DNA from: Octopus vulgaris
Lineage: Eukaryota
Direction: 5' to 3'
NCBI GenBank assembly: GCA_951406725.2
Contig: OX597815.1
Location: 114,328,001 to 114,392,000 of the forward strand
Length of the DNA: 64,000 nt
Part shown: piece by piece, positions 50,921-63,646 of the stretch
Layout of the letters: the number at the start of each line of letters is the position of its first letter
How positions within the stretch are numbered: position 1 is the first letter of the stretch
Program-made: the position numbers and the translations under genes
The notes under the pieces: generated by a model
The model's database searches: none
What the model was told of the DNA's origin: nothing
Seen by the model: the letters and a program-made list of their open reading frames with translations, nothing else

Positions 50921-51030
50921 TTGCAACGGACCGGCGTCCCGTCCAGATGGGGAACCTATACGCCAATGAAACGCGAAACCGGCCCTTATGAGCCAGGTAT
51001 GGCTCGAGAAGGAACAAACAACAACAACAA
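50921..51030 (+). mobile_element. Orphan (5'-truncated) tail module Y with (CAA)n end
   Basis: gcaacggaccggcgtcccgtccagatggggaacctatacgcc...gagccaggtatggctcgagaaggaacaaacaacaacaac. Confidence 0.85.
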
Positions 51031-51194
51031 CATAGACTTAAAATTAACAGTTTTGAACTTGACATAATACTTTTGCTTTTTCTTTTGGTTTGTGAAGTCT
51101 TATTTTTAATTCTGATTTATGCCAGCTTTCCCCGAGAATTGAACTTTATTTCAAGCTCGTAGTCTTTATGAAATATTGTTTTAGTATATGTGAT

Positions 51195-51825
51195 AGATTT
51201 GCAGAATTGGTAGAGCGTCGGATAAAATATGTTGCGATATACTATTATGTCAGTTCATGTTCTGAGTTCAAATCACAGAGAAAACAACTTTACCTTTTAT
51301 TATTAAGGGATCAATAAAATATAATATCAGTTAAGTACTAGGTTTGATATATATTCCACTAAAGTGTCCAAGACGCCAATAGTGTCGATAAACTAAAGAA
51401 CCGGCCAAGTGCGGGCTGATTTATTTGACAGTGCTCTTCCCACCAAATTGAAATCATGTCTCTACTTTAGAAATACCTGTTTATCAACTTTGTATCCGGG
51501 GTCGAACCAAGTGATACAGCGGGGCTGATATAATCGCTTATTCTTCTCCCCTTACAATACTCTCTTCTAGAATAATGCAAGAAACTTATAATACTACTGG
51601 AGTAAATAGGGCAGCGTACTGGCAGAAACGTTAGCACGTCGGACAAAATGCTTAGCAGCATTTCGTCTGTCTTTACGTTCTGAATTTAAATTCCACTGGA
51701 GTCGACATTGCCCTCCATACTTCTAAGGCCGATAAAATAAGTACAGGTCGAGTACTGGGGTCGATGTATTTGACTCAACTCCTTCTCCGAAATTGCTAGT
51801 CTGGTGCTAAAATGTGAAACCAATA
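51195..51825 (+). mobile_element. Head-to-tail cluster of family-D SINEs (best copy 51609-51825)
   Basis: Repeated gcagaa..gttag/gtagagc, gttctgagttcaaat and gtcgataaa motifs. Confidence 0.75.
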
Positions 51826-51840
51826 TAACAAGAGTAAATG

Positions 51841-52141
51841 TTTGTTCCTTCTCGAGCCATGCCTGGCTCATAAGGGAAGGTTTCCCGGTTTCCTTAGCGT
51901 ATAGGTTCCCCGCCTGGACGAGACGTCGGTCCGTCGCAGGTGAGCTGCAAGATGCAGGAGGAAATAGTGAGAGAAAGTTGTGGCGAAAGAGTTAGCAGAA
52001 ATTCGCCATTACATTCTGCCGGAGCCGCGTGGAGCTTAGGTGTTTCGCTCATAAATACACACATCGCCCGGTCTGAGATTCGAACCCGCGATCCCTCGAC
52101 CGTGAGTCCACTGCTCTAACCACTAGGCCATGTGCCTCCAC
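51841..52141 (-). mobile_element. Full-length SINE: family-A head with tail Y
   Basis: Head ggaggcacatggcctagtggttagagcagtgg...gggttcgaatctcagacc. 13-bp TSD acaagagtaaatg (51828-51840, 52142-52154). Confidence 0.93.
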
Positions 52142-52463
52142 ACAAGAGTAAATGAGCTGAAGTATTTAGTTACAACCTTTTGCGTTCTGAGTTCAAATCT
52201 CAACGGAGTCGGCTCTGCTTTTCATTTCTACTATGATGATGGAAATGTATACAAATAATAAACAAGAAAAATCGATTTAATATACTTTCAACACGCACAC
52301 ACACTTTGATGTGAACGTATAGAGGTATTTTTCATATTATAGGTTCCTTTCTGGGTAATTTATACCTGTAACTTTTTAACCGTCTCAGTCTCATGTGAAA
52401 ATGCTGTTGACGACAGTGGCGTTATCTATTGCTGTGTTTTTGTAGTAGGTATTAAGGATCTTG

Positions 52464-52655
52464 TGGAGGCGCGTGGCTAAGTAGTTAGGGTGTCAGCATC
52501 ATGATCGTAAGATTGTGGTTTCGATTCCTGGACTGAGCGACGCATTGTGTTCTTGAGCAAAACACTTCATTTCACGTTGCTCCAGTCCACTCAGCTGGCA
52601 AAAATGAGTAACACTCATGAGCCTGGTTAGGCTTTAAAAGGGCGGATTTATTATT
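52464..52655 (+). mobile_element. SINE family B (short form)
   Basis: Intact A and B boxes (tggctaagtag, ggtttcgattcc). 14-bp TSD tattaaggatcttg (52450-52463, 52656-52669). Confidence 0.92.
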
Positions 52656-52814
52656 TATTAAGGATCTTGGGAATCATGTTAGCACTAATAAAATGATCAA
52701 GATTTGGACTGCTAACTCCAAGTTATTTCTATGGCCAATAACTGTTCATTCTTTGTTAATTACTATAGAGTACTGTATCTGTGTTTATATTTTTGGTTTG
52801 TATTTTAACATTAA

Positions 52815-53173
52815 CTAGCTCTATGACCCAGCAACGCCGGGTCATAGTGCTAGTGCATGCATATACAGCTGCATGCGTGCGCACATACACGCGTATACTG
52901 TCCAAATCTCCGACCAATCACATACAGCTAGCTGGCATTCAATTGGCGTATCAAGTTTCGAGCATTTTGATTGGGTTTTGGATAGAAAATTCACAAAAAA
53001 GTCACTTCTATTGATTTTTAATGGCTTTGCGGGGTGACTGGGGAAATGTAAAGATGTGCACGACCACCCTTGGACGGTTTTGAATGACCATAGGAAGTGC
53101 GAGCCCTCTAACTGAAAAATTGTGGATTTGTATAAAGGACACACACGCAGACATTTTGCCGTTTATATATAGA
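52815..53173 (-). mobile_element. Non-autonomous Helitron
   Basis: Minus-strand 5' TCtatatataaacggcaaaatgtctgcgtgtgtg. 3' end cactagcactatgacccggc-gtt-gctgggtcatagagCTAG|T, nearly identical to the 3' end of the 11787 element. Confidence 0.85.
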
Positions 53174-53357
53174 AAGGTAAAGCTTCCAGAGGCATTTTTG
53201 TTGTATGTATGTATGTATGTATGTATGTATGTATGTAGATGTGTGTGCCACGCGTAGGGGTGTGGTGCATGTATACATGTTTGTGTCACACATAAGTTTG
53301 CAGCCATTCTCTCCTAAGTATGATCAGGGAAAGTTTTTAGGATCCAACTCGTTTACA

Positions 53358-53397
<40 letters not shown>

Positions 53398-54150
53398 AAC
53401 CTTGATGTCGTAGTAGTAATGATAAGTTAACAGTGCTGTTGTAAAATGCCTTGCTATAGTCGTTTCGGCCCTCTGCATCTTGAGTTCACTTTCCACTGAG
53501 GTGAACTTAGCCTTTTCGGGGCCATTGACGTACCAATCCGGTACTAGATTTATCCTTTCTTTTTTTTTTGGTGGGGGGTCAAACTTGAAGAAGGATGGCC
53601 TCCACCAAGTTTAGTTATCCAAGATTCCGTACAAAACGATGGCGTCACTTTCCTTCCATTCCACCAGGAGTTGAGCACTTTTGCAATGAAGGAAATACAA
53701 GTATGTAGATGAAATGATCGGGTCGATTCATCCAGTAATGGTGTTCCGTTTAAGGTGAGTTTCACCTTCCATACGTTTTATTCCGAGGAGTCGGTATGCT
53801 GGGTGCCAATCAATTTAGTATTTCCAAGTATCTGCAACCACAAACATTCCGTTTCGTCTTTTGTTAAGTCATTACGTGTCTCAGTTAATTTGAAGGGTTG
53901 GGTTATGTTGATTAATTAGTCACCTGCATCTTACGTAGACATTAGAAGATTTAAATGGGACTCTGGGTCTTGGAGGGTTTTTTTTTTTATCGAAATCGAA
54001 ACTTTTTAACTAACTCAGTCGTCTCTAAATGGCTCTGTCTAACAATTTTTAAATAGATGACATGTAAATGAGGTTAACTGTTGCAGGCGGAGAGAGTATA
54101 GTAAAACTGACGGAGTTTTATACCCATTATAAATCCTACAATGAATATGC

Positions 54151-54188
<38 letters not shown>

Positions 54189-54498
54189 TTGAACTCAAAT
54201 CCTTGCAAGTACTTGGAGAAAGCAATAAGAAACCGCATTTGTTTATCATGATCTTCCACCACTACATTAAAAACGATGATTCAACGGGAAAGCCTCATCA
54301 TGGTCGCTCAACCTGGTAGAAATAGAAGCTAAATTTCTCTCAAATCATATCCTACTGTTTAAGAAAAAGAAGAGAAAAGAGTAAAACATGGGATAAAAGT
54401 AGTCGAAGTTCCACTATGTCTGAGAAATAAAATGACAGGATGATCGCTATTGGAATATCTTTGATCATACGTTTACTTGATTATGGCTAAATAGCAAT

Positions 54499-54542
54499 AT
54501 TAAAAAGTAATGTCCGATCTTCGCTGGACATTACTTTTTAAT
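54499..54542. repeat. Perfect 17-bp inverted repeat with 10-nt loop
   Basis: attaaaaagtaatgtcc-gatcttcgct-ggacattactttttaat. Confidence 0.9.
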
Positions 54543-55619
54543 GCGAATTGGTCTGCTATATTTGCATGGAAGCACGAAATGGAACAATAGAGATTTTAAG
54601 CGGTGTGTGTGCGCGTGCGTGTGTGACCGTTGTTGCTTGAAACCATTTCCTGTCTACAGTGGCTTACAACAATCATTAGCGACAAGATTAAATACATTGT
54701 GTACAAAAGAATATTGTTTGAAGTGTGGCGTTTCTTTCTTCTTTATCTGTCTTACTTTCACTCTTTATTTATATACATATTCATTCATTTATTTATCCAA
54801 TCTTTTGTTTAAGAACGTTGTAAGCTCGAGAGTAATTGTATTTCTCCAGTCTTACACATCTCTTTCTTTTTATGAACGACTCCTTAGGGATGTAACCACG
54901 GCAGCAATCATGGGTAATTATTTCCAACATTACAGATATTCGTTACCGGGGATAACACACAGATCTTTCTTTATTAGACTTTACTGATGTTTGCGACATT
55001 TTCGGAATGATAGAAAGCACATTGCTGAAATAGAAGAAGTTAATGTACTGAACGGAAGTTCAGGAGATATATATTGCAATTCACGTGATCAAATAACTGT
55101 AAAACAACACGGCGGCGGCGATGACAGCAGCAGAAACAACAATCACAACAACAATATGAAACAGGAAATAGAAAAGAAATTGGGAAAGCATTGCAATATG
55201 GCCCACATTACAAACTTAATATCTCTAGTAGTGTTTGAAGTTGCAATTTCTCATGCTGACCTATTAAAGAACTTTCTTGATGTCTGTATCTGTCCTATTT
55301 TAATGGAAACGGAGGAAACCAACATATTTTAGTCCCAGTCGTAGACACATGTGGCTCATTTGTAGTCTAATATTACTTGATAATTTATGTTTGTAGTCGT
55401 GATTTAACATAAATACACAGAGACACACTCTCATTGCCCCCTGCCTTTTATACACATACACGCACGCACACATCTACAAGGGGAGGGGCGCAAACACGCC
55501 TGTACGGTTAGTAAGTGCGCTTCGCAACCGCGTCGTTTCGGTTTCAGTCCCATTCGATTTCAGTTCCATACAATAAGTACAGGACTTTAAAAAGTAGGGG
55601 CTGATTTGTTCGGCCAACC

Positions 55620-55863
55620 CAGTGTTTCTCAACCTCTTTTTGCCTATGGACTCCTTTGATTTCTATTTTACTTGGATGGACCCCATAGCCATTCGAAGTT
55701 TTAAAATCCTATTATATTTTTATGATTAGATATTATTAGAAATCGTATTTTAAAAAATAGTGTGTGATGTAGAAGTATGACAAATTTATTGCATATGAAT
55801 TATAACAACAAAATCTTATATGGACCCCCAAAGAGCCATATGAATCCCGGTTGATAGCCACCG
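55620..55863. mobile_element. hAT (Charlie-type) MITE nested in a family-C SINE
   Basis: Ends cagtgtttctcaacc ... ggttgatagccaccg. Decayed 8-bp TSD ggccaacc / ggctaaac. The flanks join into the SINE motif gatttgttcgactaaa. Confidence 0.75.
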
Positions 55864-56665
55864 GGCTAAACACTTCTAGATGATGTCCTTACATGATAGC
55901 AATCCAATAATTAAAAGAACAACAGCTGACATAAGGAAGTAGAGTCGTTAAAGAATTAGCTAGAATGCCTTACAGTTTTTGTTCTGCTTCAATGCTTATA
56001 GTTCAGAGCACTTTAATCCTTTTGGGTTCAATGATATAAAGTATCAACCAAGTACTGAGATTGATTCCTCTTCTTCATTTTCTTCTTTTCCTCCTCCTCC
56101 TCCTCCCCCCTCTCTCTCTCTCTCTAGAAGAGCGTGTGTGTTTGTGTGTATACATATATTTAATCATGTATATGTATAATTATATCATACTGACGGTTCC
56201 TTTGATGTTTCCTTTGAAGAAAATAACATTCGGTACCTTTTAAGGAGACTAAAGTCTTTTGTTGGAATTCATAGTGTTGAAGACGAATGTCTACATGGAT
56301 GAATGACAGAATACCAACATGTTTAGTTATACAGACATCTCACCCGTAATTTCAAATACTCTCTTTGAAAAAAAAAAAATATATATATATATATATATAT
56401 TTCACATCACTATGGTTCCATTGACAAATTTTTGTTGGCCCGGTTCTATAAGCACTCACGGAAATACATGAACTGCGCAAAACGATCACCTATTTTATAA
56501 TTTGACTTTTCCATAGATACAAAATTAAGCACACACACACTATAAATGAATAAACAAACAAATAAATAAATATATATATATATAATAGTCTACCTTGAAA
56601 CTCTATAATTTCTACAAGAGTTTGTATGTATGAGTATATTTTCATCAGTATGTATATATGTGTAA

Positions 56666-56667
<2 letters not shown>

Positions 56668-56731
<64 letters not shown>
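56668..56731. repeat. (GA)n microsatellite
   Basis: Read directly from the sequence. Confidence 0.95.
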
Positions 56732-56732
<1 letters not shown>

Positions 56733-57436
56733 GTGGGGCATGCAAGTATGTAGCGCCGCAAACTTTGAAAATTAATTATAAATTTCAATGAACTACAAGC
56801 TTTCAAAGAAAATTTTCCATTAGTATATCAACTAGCTCAACAATATAACATCAATTTTAGAAGCCTAAATAATTCATCGTCACCTTCTAACATGAAAAAG
56901 GGACAGTTAAAATCTTAATATAATTCTGTTTTGACTTTCCTATTTGAAAATTAAATGATTTTCAATGTAGCATAATTGAATGTCAACTAATGTTTGAGAA
57001 ATATTTCTTTTATGAATTAGATACTTGCACAGACTATGTTTTACCTGACTTTTCATAAAGTTATACAGTTTTAATTCATTTTCAAATTAAATCAAAACAT
57101 ATTAGATCAAACTCTACTATGTAAAGTTCATGAAATATGAGCACGCGTCATAAAATATTGATATCCCATTACCGTGCTATTTCCATGCCTGATCTTATTC
57201 ATTCTCTATTACCAAGTGTGTCAGGTCCAAAACATCGAAGGAGACGAGTTTATGAACTAACGGTTTCTTCAGCTGAGAAGCCAATAACTTACCTATACAG
57301 CTAATACGGATCAATTCTCAGTAATTGTTTACACAGTAATATCCAACTTTCAGATTAGGCACTAATTTCACGAGCTTTCTCAAAACCAACTTGGAAACAA
57401 TGAACACTAATTCGATAGAGAAAATTTGGGCGCCTT

Positions 57437-58065
57437 GGATCATTACCTTTTGACCTACAGATTAAAAAAATTTTTGTAACTAAACACTTTCAAACTTCGG
57501 ACACTGTATCATATAAAACATCGAATGTGCCATATAAAATATCTTAGCATTTTTGAGAAAAACTTATATTTAGGAAGTTATTTCACGTTAAAGTTGTAGT
57601 ATTTGGGTAATTTCAACCAATCAATGACGTGTATTCAGCTGAATAAAATTACTGCTGTTGTTTGTCAACAAAAACTTCCGGCGGTGTATTTTTCGTTTTT
57701 CACTGTTATTTATGACAACCCTCACCCTAAAACCATAACCCTGACCCTAAAACCTTAAAGCTAAAACCAGTACAAACGCACGAACGATGTCATAAATAAC
57801 TGTGACAAACGAAAAATACACCGCCGATAGTTGTTGACAAACAACGGCAGTAATTTTATTCAGTTGAATACACGTCATTGATTTGTTGAAATTACCGAAA
57901 TACTATAACTTTAACATGAAATAACTTCGTAAATATAAGTTTTTCTCAAAAATGCTTAAGAGTAAAAGATGTTTTATATGACACAGTCTATCAGTGTCCG
58001 AAGTTTGAAAGTGTTTAGCTACAAAAAATTATTTTTTTAATCTGTAGGTCAAAAGGTAAAGATCC
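57437..58065. mobile_element. Foldback transposon with ~280-bp inverted arms, GGATC termini and 8-bp TSD
   Basis: Arms 57437-57717 and 57788-58065 are reverse complements. The 70-bp spacer carries degenerate CCCTAA/TAACCC units. TSD ggcgcctt (57429-57436) / ggcacctt (58066-58073). Confidence 0.93.
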
Positions 58066-59625
58066 GGCACCTTTTTTTCAAAAATTCTCCACTGAAAATT
58101 TTACAAGATTCATACAATATTTCAAAGTTACACTTGTCTTGCAAGTAAGATGATTTGAAGAGGAACTGTAACAGTAACCAAATCACATTAGTGCGCCGAA
58201 AAACTTAATACATCAAGAAATAAACCAAAGCGAATTTAACAGCTTTTATGTGTGTTTAGATGACTAAAATAACTCTTGCGCGATGTAATTAATTGCTCAT
58301 ATAATATTATTTATTGAGATTCATGTAACAAAACTACTTTTAAACAATCAACTCAATGGAAAAATTTTAAACTGAATATATTTTATAATCAATTTACTTT
58401 ACAATGCAGCGTAACTTGATTCATATAAGCAATATAACTTGATGTATTGTATGTCAGTCTGTGGAATTACATTAATAAATCAGGTGATAAAAAATAAAAT
58501 CATGTATTTAAATGTAAAACTTTTCTAAAACATAAAATTCAAGTTCAAATGTAGTTGATTTCGTCTATTTATTTCCTTACCAAACATCATTCTAAAACCG
58601 AACTAAACTAGTGTTAAATCGCTACAAATAGTTTCTGAAGTTTCTATAAATGTCCCGAAAGAATACTAAGACTAGATATTTACCTGCATGTGTGTGAGTG
58701 TGTGTGTGTAAAACATCTAAAGGATAAATATTCCTGATAAACTGGAGTATTGAAAGTATTTCAGTAAAGTTTGAAATTTTATACAAAAAATACCGAGGGC
58801 AAGGGTAAACATAACATTGACATGTTAGCGAAATTATATGTAAAAACGATAGTAAAAAAACTATTTATTTTCTTTTAACGAGTTCGTTTATAAAATCAAG
58901 TAAATAATATTGACATACTGAAGGCTAATGTTGTTGGCCACAGGTCAAGTAGAAAGAAAATGCAAAGAAAGTTATAGCAATAAGTAAACTGATAAGGTGA
59001 TCGTCTTTCAGATGGTAGGAAGATATCAACTAAAAGTTCACTTCATCAATTTCTCTGATGTCTATGTGTGAACTGAAGCAAAAATGAACTTTAAACTCTG
59101 ATGTCCACAGCAGGGAAATACTGTCGATTTCTCGTTGCCTAAGAATAAAAATCTAGCAAAAGATTAAAATTTCTGATTTTTATAGGATTCTTCAGTTATT
59201 GCTTTAGTGCGTTCTATAATAGACGTCTGATAACCTAGTGGCCTTTAACAGCGGTAAGAAACTAATCTTAAGATAAGAAGACTTATCACAAAATATGTAC
59301 CAGGAACCGACTGTCTTTAACGACCTATTTTTAAACAACAGAACCTTGAACTTACTCTGCTAATTCAGAACCAAACGTTTCATTTTTGTCTTCTTTAAGC
59401 GTGGAATAAAGTTTAATTCAATTTTGGACATTTCAATCTCGTTCTATGCAAGCAGAGTAAAGGAACAAGAGAAAATTCTCTTAGAAAATCAAAATCCAAC
59501 TTACAGCGCACAGATATGGACATCTTGTTTGTTTGTGTGTGTGTGTTTTTCACGAGAATAGTATTATTTAATCGGATTATAAAATTATCTTTTTGAGTGC
59601 TTTCTTCACTAACTTTTGAAAGGGG

Positions 59626-59736
59626 TATCTTCTTTTGGTGCATTATTTTTGCAAGCACTCACATTTTTTGCAACAAAAATATATCTTTTTTGGTGCATTA
59701 TTTTTGCAAGCACTCACATTTTTTGCAACAAAAAAT
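59626..59736. repeat. ~56-bp tandem duplication
   Basis: tatctt(c/t)ttttggtgcattatttttgcaagcactcacattttttgcaacaaaaa occurs twice. Confidence 0.9.
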
Positions 59737-60790
59737 GTAATATCTGAAGACGGTTCAGAGATAATAACGTTGTGATAATCCGACATTACAGCCATCTCCT
59801 TGTCAATAACTAATCAGCTTACAGATCTTTTTAACTCTTCGACTCCACTTTAACCAACTACAAGTCACATCTTTGTTCACCTGTCTATCTTCCATATTAC
59901 CCAGTACTATCAATAATATCAGTTGCATTGCCCATATTTTTCCACAAAACCGAAAAAGTTTTTTCTAAGGAATTAAAACAATAAAAATCAAAAACATTAA
60001 AACCACTAAACAAAACTTGACTTTTTCTAGTTAGTTTATATAAAGAATAACTTCTAAGGGATACCAGCAGTCGGAAACATTAGTAAGTTGTCGAGCACAT
60101 ACTACTGAACTCAAGGTCAGCCCTGATTGAGAAGACCTATGATGAAAGACATTTCATCTATGGTTGGGTCATTGTCTTGTTTATCCAGGACTATATTGTC
60201 TAATGTGCCTTCTTTGTAGACACATATAAACTAATATAGACAACATATAGTAGTGCCCAGGAGGAGGACAGGGTGGTCATAGATATAATACCTTTGTAGA
60301 TTGTTGTTCTGGAAGTCAGCAATAACGATAACGTCAACTTTAGGTTCAAGAGCTAATGTAACCTTTATGAGTTCGCTCAATTCTCTAAAAGTAGCACTCA
60401 AATCTCAAATCTCTAACGCTTAAAAAAAGACAAGCATTGTCACAGCTGGAACACCATTGATCACTGATCTACCCAAAGTTGACTTAGTACTAAATAACAA
60501 CAACCATATACACTTGAAACAAGGAGCTACTGCCACTTGCTTAACCTGTTAAAAATAGCAAACAAATCAAACTTAACTAGCTTAAAAGAAAATGACATAG
60601 TAGTCCTGAGTATTACAAGGTAGAGATATGGTCGAGACTAAAACGCCTTTGATCATAAATCTGCTTGATCGGATCTGACCAAAAGCGAAAGAACAACAAT
60701 TACAATACCAACGTTGGATACATAAATCCATAACACACTCAATAAAGTGCTAAAGGTGTTGCAGTGCTCCATCGGTATTAAGTTCAAATT

Positions 60791-61023
60791 AAGGCGGCAA
60801 GCTGACAGAAACGTTAGCGTGCCGGGCGAAATGCTTAACGGAATTTTGCCTGCCGTTACGTTCTGAGTTCAAATTCCGCCGAGGTTGACTTTGCCTTTCA
60901 TCCTTTCGGGGTCGATAAATTAAGCACCAGTTACGCACTGGGGTAGATGCAATCGACTTAATCCGTTTACCTGTCCTTGTTTGTCCCCTCTATGTTTAGC
61001 CCCTCGTGGGTAGTAAAGAAATA
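60791..61023 (+). mobile_element. Young SINE family D with an alternative tail and 17-bp TSD
   Basis: TSD ggtattaagttcaaatt (60774-60790, 61024-61040). The tail atccgtttacctgtccttgtttgtcccctc...gtaaagaaata differs from that of the 22774 copy. Confidence 0.93.
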
Positions 61024-61078
61024 GGTATTAAGTTCAAATTCTGCCGAAACTCGATTTCATAAGGAGTTGAGGGCACAA

Positions 61079-61120
<42 letters not shown>

Positions 61121-62340
61121 CACGATTTAAATTGCACAACAAATAACCAGTCTTAGAACTTCATGTGTATTCGTGTATATCCAAAGGGAAGTTGTGAAGA
61201 AGACTAGTATTATAGTTCGAATTTCATTTAGTTGGTCCTTAGAGCTGAATAATTCGCAGAATACATATATGAAGTGAAGCAAAACAGGAAAGATTGTCCA
61301 TCAAATTATGGTGTGTGTGTGTATGTTCCATCTAAAAGAAGCACTTCGCTTCATAGAATGTTTAATAAATCCCAAGTTATATCTCATACTGACGATTTTT
61401 AAGAAGAATGAAATAGTTTTATACATGATTACAACTGGCTAGAAATGTTATGAAATTCGAAAGGAGTAAAAAAAAAAAAGAAGGAACTGAAAACTTAATT
61501 TTATGCATTGTTTTCCTTACAATCGCTTAGTATCAAATTCAAATTTCTGATCTCACCAAATATTTTGAAGAAATTGTTATCTCCTCCCTTGTAATGTGTA
61601 CACATGTCACGGTCAGAATTTTCGACCATGAGCATTAAGTTGTTCGATCAACTAACTATACTACCACGTACGTTGAATTAACATGTAGCTGATATATGTA
61701 TCTTTAGATTAATTCTCAGGTGGAAGCGACATGGCACCACTAATTTTACGTTCATGTAACACCTACATTTATATGAGAACTTACTAACCTTTGAAACTGT
61801 CCATCATAATGCATCTTTTTTCTACCTACCATTGGAACTTATCCAAATGATCCCATTATTTTCATCATCATTCCATATGAAAGTTTATAAGTACGATGTT
61901 AATGATATGTGCAAACATTCAATTTCGCAATTCTGTATATTTTATACAGTACATGTTTATTCTTATATATTATACTTTTTATATTATTAAAATTTCGACA
62001 CTTCTTTTGATTAAGCTTTTCGTGAGTTCCCACCTAAAATAGCATATAGCCGTTCTCTACAAACTTATTAAACTCTTCTTGCTTCGTTGTTTTTATTGCT
62101 TCCCTTTCTTCTTCGTAGTACTCGGTGTATTTACGAATTAGAATTATCAATTTCGTTATCAATTACTTTCTATTAATGCTTGACAAACTCGAGAAGAAAA
62201 GAAAAAAATTGTGCATTAATCGCACTCGATATTTAGAAAATAATTTTATCTACTCTACATAAATGTTGAATTCTTTAATTTGACTTGAAATTTTGCTTGT
62301 TTTCACGAAGAATCAAACTTTAATTCTCTCATGCGTAGCT

Positions 62341-62564
62341 CTTTTATCTTTTACTTGTTTCAGTCATTTAACTGTGGTCATGCTAGGGCACAGGCTTGTA
62401 GGTTTTTGGGCCGAACAAATCCACTCCAATCCATTTATTTCTTTTCTAAAGTCTAATACGTATTCTATCATCTCTTTTGATGAGCCGTTAAATTTCGGAG
62501 AGGTAAATAAACGAACCTCAGTTGTCAAGAAGTGGTGGGAGATAAACACAAGGACATTCAGATT

Positions 62565-62638
<74 letters not shown>

Positions 62639-62735
62639 TCACACGTTTACAGTTACTGTCTACCAAATCCACTCACAGGGCCCTGGCTGAACCGGGGATA
62701 TAGTAGGAGACACCTGTCCAAGGACCTACGCAACG
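62341..62735 (-). mobile_element. SINE family C with internal (CA)(TA)(TG) microsatellite
   Basis: Tail cttttatcttttacttgtttcagtcatt. Body ctgtctaccaaatccactcacagggcc...tatagtaggagacacctgtccaagg. Confidence 0.85.
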
Positions 62736-63030
62736 GACATGTAAACTTTCTTGCTCTACGCGTTTACAGATATTGTCTGTTGAGAAAAAGGAGGTAGTGT
62801 TTATGGTAACATTTTGAATATGCAAATAAAGCTTCTATTTCATTATGCCGGCCACCGTCTAATTATGTTGACTAATGAGCCATTTATTATTGGTTGCATC
62901 AAGTTATACCGATATAATGTAGGATAAATATACTATTAACAATAGCCCTAGGATAGAATTTATAAACATTTAATACGCATAGCGATGCATCAAACCGTTA
63001 TAAATTCCATCGTAGGGTCTATATATATAC

Positions 63031-63068
<38 letters not shown>

Positions 63069-63069
63069 A

Positions 63070-63232
63070 GATTCCATGGGTTTCCACAGTTTCTATTTTC
63101 GTCTGCGATACTCTGGCTGCACAGTAGTGGCCGACTCGAAACTGTGATAGAATACAACATATTGCCCAAGTTACTATGCAGTAGGATCGAACTTGGAACA
63201 ACGTGGTTGTGAAGCGAATTTCTTAACCACAC
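63070..63232 (-). mobile_element. SINE family C head fragment
   Basis: ttgcccaagttactatgcagtaggatcgaacttggaacaacgtggttgtgaagcgaatttcttaaccacac. Confidence 0.7.
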
Positions 63233-63646
63233 ATTTCATTTAGCAGAGCAGAACAAAAGCAAACACGAAAAGCACTACACTATTTTCGCAACTATGTTTT
63301 GACAATAATCATTTTTCCATGGGAATTTTACCATCATGTACATTTGCACACATTCAGTACAAACTATTGAAGGTAACAATGGAATATTTGTCCTTGGTTT
63401 TGTTATTTCCTTTTCAAATTGAAATTCATGTGTTTTATTCCATCTATTTTTATGCAGTCTTGAAAATTACGACGCCTATTTAAATAAAAGCCAGAACAAA
63501 AACACAAAAAATATTAACAGTAGCAGCAACAGTTTTATAACGTGGTTTCTGTGTATGTCACCTTAGTGTCATACACAGTGTGATATATATAGTACCACGG
63601 AACGGGGTAGACACTGACTGCCTCCACTTGATGTATTCCCAAATAA

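Noticed and set aside
54991-55332. 113-aa ORF in non-repetitive sequence
   Set aside because: It has a non-ATG start, a low-complexity middle and no recognisable domain or clear exon boundaries.
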